Origin: Candidatus Deferrimicrobiaceae bacterium
Lineage (GTDB): Bacteria > Desulfobacterota > Deferrimicrobia > Deferrimicrobiales > Deferrimicrobiaceae
Direction: 5' to 3'
DNA: 64,000 nt
NCBI GenBank assembly: GCA_963792415.1
Contig: CAWBVY010000006.1
Location: forward strand, 192,001-256,000
Shown here one piece after another: positions 59,620 to 64,000 of the stretch. Under the pieces are notes generated by a model that saw nothing but the letters and a program-made list of their open reading frames with translations, did no database searches and had not been told where the DNA came from. Every line of letters starts with the position of its first letter. Positions within the stretch are counted from its first letter, which is position 1. The position numbers and the translations under genes are program-made.

Positions 59620-61704
59620 CTAGCCGGTTGCCCTCCCCGATGGAAACGCAAGGACCCGTTCCAATACCCGCTTCAATTCCTCCATGCGGAACGGTTTCCC
59701 GAGCATCCCCCGGAACCCGTGGGCGGAGGGATCGGACATCACCGGGTCCGAGGAGTACCCGCTGCAGACGATCACCCTGGCGTCCGGGTACATCCCCAGC
59801 AGGCCCGCGCACGCCTCCTTCCCGCCCATCTTTCCCGGGACGGTGAGGTCCATGACGACCAGATCGTACGGCGTCCCAACCACGGCGGCGTCCCGGTACA
59901 TCCCGATCGCCTCGCTGCCGTCCCGGGCACCCCGCGCCTCGCATCCCAGGTGCTCCAGCATCCCGATCTCCATTTCGCGGACCAGGTCCTCGTCGTCCAT
60001 CACGAGCACCTTGCATATTCCATTCCGGGCGGTTTCCCTCTCCGCCTCCACGACGCGCGGGATGCACTCCGTCGACGCGGGAAGGTAGAGGGACACCGTG
60101 GTCCCCTCCCCCGGTACCGACTCCACGAACAGGTTCCCCCCGTGGCTCTTCATGATGTGGTAGGACGTCGTGAGACCCAGCCCCGTCGCGTTCTCCCGGG
60201 TGGTGAAGTACGGGTCGAAGATCCGCTTCAGGTTCTTCCCCGGTATGCCGACGCCGGTGTCCGCCACCTCGATCTTCACGTACGGGCCGGGGTTGACGTA
60301 CGCCATCTCCCCCTGTCCGACGACGACGTTCTCACCCCGGATCCGGACGGTTCCGCCGCCGGACATCGCCTGCGCCGCGTTGAGCACCAGGTTGCCGATC
60401 ACCTGGCCGATCTGCCCGGCGTCGGCATCCGTCGCGAAGAGATCCTCCGCAATCCCGAACTCGCACCGGACCGGCGTGCCGTGGACCGACAGCAGGGCCG
60501 ATTCCCGGACGAGGCTCTCGATGGAGATCCGCTCCCGGACCGGCTTCCCCCCCTTCGAGAAGGTGAGGAGCTTGGAGGCAAGCTTTTCGGCCCGGTCGGA
60601 GGCCCTCTCCGCCGCTTCCAGCCTCGCGACGGCCTTGCTGGCGGGGTCCAGGATCTGCTTCGCCAGGGAGATGTTCCCGAGGATCGCGGCGAGGAAATTG
60701 TTGAAATCGTGGGCGATGCCGCCGGCGAGGGTCCCGAGGGACTCCAGCTTCTGCCACTTCACCAGCTCCTCTTCCTTTCGGACCTTCACCGTCACGTTTC
60801 GAAAGACGAGGATCGATCCGGCGGTTCCCCCTGCACCTCCCGGGATCGCGGCCGCGCTGTCATCGATCAGCTGCCGGGTCCCGTCCCGCGCAACCAGCAC
60901 GTTCTGCTCGCCGGCCCTGGAATCGGCCTGCCGCTCGACCAGAGGATCCGAAAACTCCTGCCCCGTGCGGCCGTCGAGCAGACGGAACACCTCCCGGACC
61001 GGACGGCCGGCAGCCTCTTCCTGGAACCAACCCGTCATCTCCTCGGCGTGCCGGTTCATGAACTCCACGTTTCCTTCCGCGTCGGTCGTGATGACCCCGT
61101 CCGCGATCGACCGGAGGGTGACCTGCGCCCGCTCTTTCTCGCGGGCCAGCCGGCCGAGGGCCCTCCGTAGCGCCGCCATCGGGAGGATCCACAGGATCAG
61201 GAAGACGGCAATGCCGAGGAGGACGCCGAGCAGGGCAAAGAGTCCCGTGTGCAGGATCAACGGCCGGAGCGTACGGCTGACCTCGACGGCGCCGACGGGC
61301 CGGCCGGATTCCCGGATCAGGTGGGACCGGACGAGGGCGGGCCGGGGAACGGGTTCAGCCGTCGCCGCGATCACGTTCCCTCCGCTGTCCAGGACGCGCC
61401 GGGAATCGCCCGCATGGTCCTCGAACCGCTGCCCGAGCAGTCCCACGATCCGGACGGTCTCGAACTCCCACATGTCGGGATTCGCGCTGGCGATCCGGTT
61501 CATTTCCCGGGAGCACGCCTCCGCTTCCATCCGCAGGGCCGACCCCATGGACTGATAGCCGATGGCGAAATGGACGGACGGCAGCGCCAGTGCCACCACG
61601 ACCGCCACGATCCCGGCGAGCCAGCCGATGACCCGCGACAGGTCCCGGTCCTGCGCTTCCATGGACCGGCGGACCTTCATCCCGAACCGGACGGCCGGAT
61701 TCAC
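59620..61704 (-). CDS. Hybrid sensor histidine kinase (TM-PAS-HisKA-HATPase-REC)
   Basis: PAS LRSIADGVITTD, H-box GGIAHDFNN, N-box NLVLNA, DTGVG, FDPYFTT, GLGL; REC VMDDE, MDLTVPG, KPF. Confidence 0.93.
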   Translation of the reverse strand: MNPAVRFGMKVRRSMEAQDRDLSRVIGWLAGIVAVVVALALPSVHFAIGYQSMGSALRMEAEACSREMNRIASANPDMWEFETVRIVGLLGQRFEDHAGDSRRVLDSGGNVIAATAEPVPRPALVRSHLIRESGRPVGAVEVSRTLRPLILHTGLFALLGVLLGIAVFLILWILPMAALRRALGRLAREKERAQVTLRSIADGVITTDAEGNVEFMNRHAEEMTGWFQEEAAGRPVREVFRLLDGRTGQEFSDPLVERQADSRAGEQNVLVARDGTRQLIDDSAAAIPGGAGGTAGSILVFRNVTVKVRKEEELVKWQKLESLGTLAGGIAHDFNNFLAAILGNISLAKQILDPASKAVARLEAAERASDRAEKLASKLLTFSKGGKPVRERISIESLVRESALLSVHGTPVRCEFGIAEDLFATDADAGQIGQVIGNLVLNAAQAMSGGGTVRIRGENVVVGQGEMAYVNPGPYVKIEVADTGVGIPGKNLKRIFDPYFTTRENATGLGLTTSYHIMKSHGGNLFVESVPGEGTTVSLYLPASTECIPRVVEAERETARNGICKVLVMDDEDLVREMEIGMLEHLGCEARGARDGSEAIGMYRDAAVVGTPYDLVVMDLTVPGKMGGKEACAGLLGMYPDARVIVCSGYSSDPVMSDPSAHGFRGMLGKPFRMEELKRVLERVLAFPSGRATG

Positions 61705-62537
61705 GGCAGCGGTACGTGGCCGACCCGCGAGAGGATGGCCTTCCCCTCCGGCGACCGGACGAAGCGGAGGAACCTCGCCGCGATCGGGGAAGGGGCCTGG
61801 CGGGTCACCATGTGGAACGTCTTCGTGTAGGGGTACGTTCCGTCCCGGACGGATTTCGTCGTGGGCCTCACTCCGGACAGGGAAAGCACCCGGATCCTCC
61901 TTTTCTCGGAGACCGCCATGGCGAGCGTCGTGGTCCCGATCGATCCGCCCGTCCGCTCGAGCACGTCCGCGGCATCCTGGTCCGTCATCGCGACGATCAG
62001 CCCCTCCCGTTCTTGCGACCGTTCCACCGCGTGGGCCATCTCCGGGGATAGCATCCGCAAGGCGATGGTGTCCGTGTCGGCGGCCGGGCGGAGAATGAGC
62101 CGCAAGGCGGTCCCGTCGTCCCAGGTCGTCTTCCTGCCGGCGTAGATTTCAAGGACCTCGGCCAAGGTGGTGTCGGACCGCATCACCTCCGGGTGCACGG
62201 CGAAGACGAAGGCAGTCCGGGCGTACGCCGTTTCCCGCGCCCCCTGCGCCGTCTCCTCCGGGCTCAACGGTCTCGCGCTGAGTCCAATGTCCAGTTTTCC
62301 GGCGAGGACCGCACGGATGCCGCCGCTGCTCCCGATGCTCGGCAGGATGAGCACGTCCACGCCCGGCTCCGCCCTCCGGAAAGCTTCCGCGAGGAACCTC
62401 ATCCCCCCGATGGCTCCCCCCGTGCCGGAGATCCGGAGCGATTCCGCGCGAACGGTTCCAGAGAACAGGATCGCCCCGAGAAACAGCGATACGACCCATG
62501 CGAGTGGAAGGCCTGCCATCTTCCCCGCTCTCGTCAT
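61701..62537 (-). CDS. PstS-like periplasmic substrate-binding protein
   Basis: LRISGTGG, SIGSSGGI, YAGRKTTW, GTYPY; stop overlaps the kinase start. Confidence 0.85.
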   Translation of the reverse strand: MTRAGKMAGLPLAWVVSLFLGAILFSGTVRAESLRISGTGGAIGGMRFLAEAFRRAEPGVDVLILPSIGSSGGIRAVLAGKLDIGLSARPLSPEETAQGARETAYARTAFVFAVHPEVMRSDTTLAEVLEIYAGRKTTWDDGTALRLILRPAADTDTIALRMLSPEMAHAVERSQEREGLIVAMTDQDAADVLERTGGSIGTTTLAMAVSEKRRIRVLSLSGVRPTTKSVRDGTYPYTKTFHMVTRQAPSPIAARFLRFVRSPEGKAILSRVGHVPLP

Positions 62538-62803
62538 CGATGCCTCCGTGCCACTCTCGGAAAAACCGGCCGCCCCGGTTTCCCTTCCCTATTTATCGGA
62601 GGAATCCGGGTATTTCTTGATAGTCGGTCCTGATTTATCGGGAGCTCCTTCACCGGAACAGAGGGCGCCATCCGGGATCCCGTTTCCCCGCATCATGGGC
62701 TTCTATCGAAATCGGAAGATGGAATCTCGCCCGCTCCCGGAAAATAGCCCAAAACGCATCCAACTCCATTACCATGACGTATTGAATGCACGCAGGAGGC
62801 TCC

Positions 62804-64000
62804 GTGGAGGAAAGGTTCAATCTGCAGTCGGCCAACTGGATTTCCTACGTCCTGGACCGGCGCAACCAGATCCCCGACATCGCGGTCCCGAATCTCGTGA
62901 GGGATACGCTGATCGTGTTCCTCGGAAACCTGATCGAAGGGCTCTATTTTCACGGCAAATCAAACGCGAAGATCGTGGAAAAAGCGGTTCAAATGAGAGA
63001 CACGGTTCGGGAAAGGGCGCGCCACCGCTATGACGATATCGTCTTGGATCTGCGCGATATCTTTTCAAAAAGGGAGTGGACCGCGGTTCTCATCCCCTCC
63101 GGGTTCCAGGGGTCCCACTCCGCCGATCAGCTATTGACGTCAAGAAAATTCCTGTCGAAATTGTCCGGTACCATCAAGGCCGACCCGCATCTCATCCTTC
63201 AACTGAACGAAGCTCCCAAGAATGATTCGGCCATCACGTACGTATACCCCCCCTTCCACTCCGCCCTGTCGAAATCCACCCGATGGCCGGGGATCCTGCT
63301 CTGGCGCAGAAGCGATGAACCGCTGTTCTTTCCGCTTCCCGCGGAAAAAGCCGAAGATGCCATCCACTGGATCTTCTCCGGGGCGAATGACCTCGCGAAG
63401 ACACCGGGGCATCTCCTGACGCGCCATTACCTGGAGGCCTTTCCCTCCTGCAGCATCCACGCGGGTTCCCGGCTGACATTGCTGCATTTGAGCGACACGC
63501 ACATCGGAAGCAAAACATCGATCGAACGGATCGTAAGGGTGAAGGAGTTCCTGAAAAATTACATGAATCGAAACCGAGGCGATTCGACCGTGGTGTTTCT
63601 GTTGAGCGGGGACATCATGCAGACGCCGGACGAGGGGAACGTGATCTGCGCGAACGACTTCCATGATTTCCTGAAAGATCTCCAGCCTTCCGGCCGGGAT
63701 CCGATCTTCGTGCCTGGGAATCACGATGTTCGAGCGAAGGGGGTATTGAGAAGTCGACCCGCCTCCTCGTCCCTGGCTCCCGCATTCGATGCGAGAATCG
63801 AATGGATCCCGGAGCATTCTGTCGGCATTCTCTGCTGGAATTCCGCCGATGCCGGAAGGATGGCACGGGGGAAGATCACGAGGGAACAGTACAGGACCAT
63901 CGAAGAGCGCTTGAATCCTCTCCCTCGGGGCACCAGCAAACCGATACTGATCTCCCTGCTGCATCATCACCCCATGCAGCTGCACCGGATCGATCCGGAG
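62804..64000 (+). CDS. Calcineurin-like metallophosphoesterase with uncharacterised N-terminal domain (3'-partial)
   Basis: Manual translation from GTG 62804 (AGGAGG RBS) is open for 399 codons to the window end; motifs LHLSDTHIG, LSGD, PGNHD, LHHHP. Confidence 0.82.
   Translation, partial: MEERFNLQSANWISYVLDRRNQIPDIAVPNLVRDTLIVFLGNLIEGLYFHGKSNAKIVEKAVQMRDTVRERARHRYDDIVLDLRDIFSKREWTAVLIPSGFQGSHSADQLLTSRKFLSKLSGTIKADPHLILQLNEAPKNDSAITYVYPPFHSALSKSTRWPGILLWRRSDEPLFFPLPAEKAEDAIHWIFSGANDLAKTPGHLLTRHYLEAFPSCSIHAGSRLTLLHLSDTHIGSKTSIERIVRVKEFLKNYMNRNRGDSTVVFLLSGDIMQTPDEGNVICANDFHDFLKDLQPSGRDPIFVPGNHDVRAKGVLRSRPASSSLAPAFDARIEWIPEHSVGILCWNSADAGRMARGKITREQYRTIEERLNPLPRGTSKPILISLLHHHPMQLHRIDPE

Noticed and set aside
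63140-63985. 281-aa minus-strand ORF at the right edge
   Set aside because: It has no motifs and is antisense to the motif-bearing metallophosphoesterase frame.

Overview
High-GC, gene-dense bacterial chromosome segment. Gene content and style suggest a deltaproteobacterial-type organism, possibly MBNT15/Deferrimicrobium-like (inference only). I saw no rRNA, tRNA, CRISPR array, transposase or phage genes. Most of the window is housekeeping or accessory metabolism: liv ABC transporter, mutY, trxB, rhlE, class I aldolase, mdh, FecR-OmpA-CHASE2/HD-GYP, paaK-iorAB-TRAP, lemA-TPM, MFS, YdbH-like, pirin and a hybrid kinase. Four items stand out. (1) A 5'-truncated, >2045-aa polypeptide joins an enoyl-CoA-reductase-like tail, an intact enoyl-CoA hydratase, an unknown ~530-aa insert and four SDR folds resembling bifunctional malonyl-CoA reductase with its two halves in swapped order. 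It is a candidate one-chain malonyl-CoA to propionyl-CoA (3-hydroxypropionate route) megaenzyme. (2) A lexA / inactive RadA-like / small helical protein / PolB2-type polymerase cassette, with a perfect 30-bp palindrome over the lexA start (candidate new SOS box). (3) A receiver-domain-LpxC fusion that is also in frame with thiE. (4) A lower-GC metallophosphoesterase with an unknown N-terminal domain running off the right edge, missed by the ORF track. Several single-base frameshifts suggest possible assembly errors. Family assignments come from motif recognition by eye; no database search was run.
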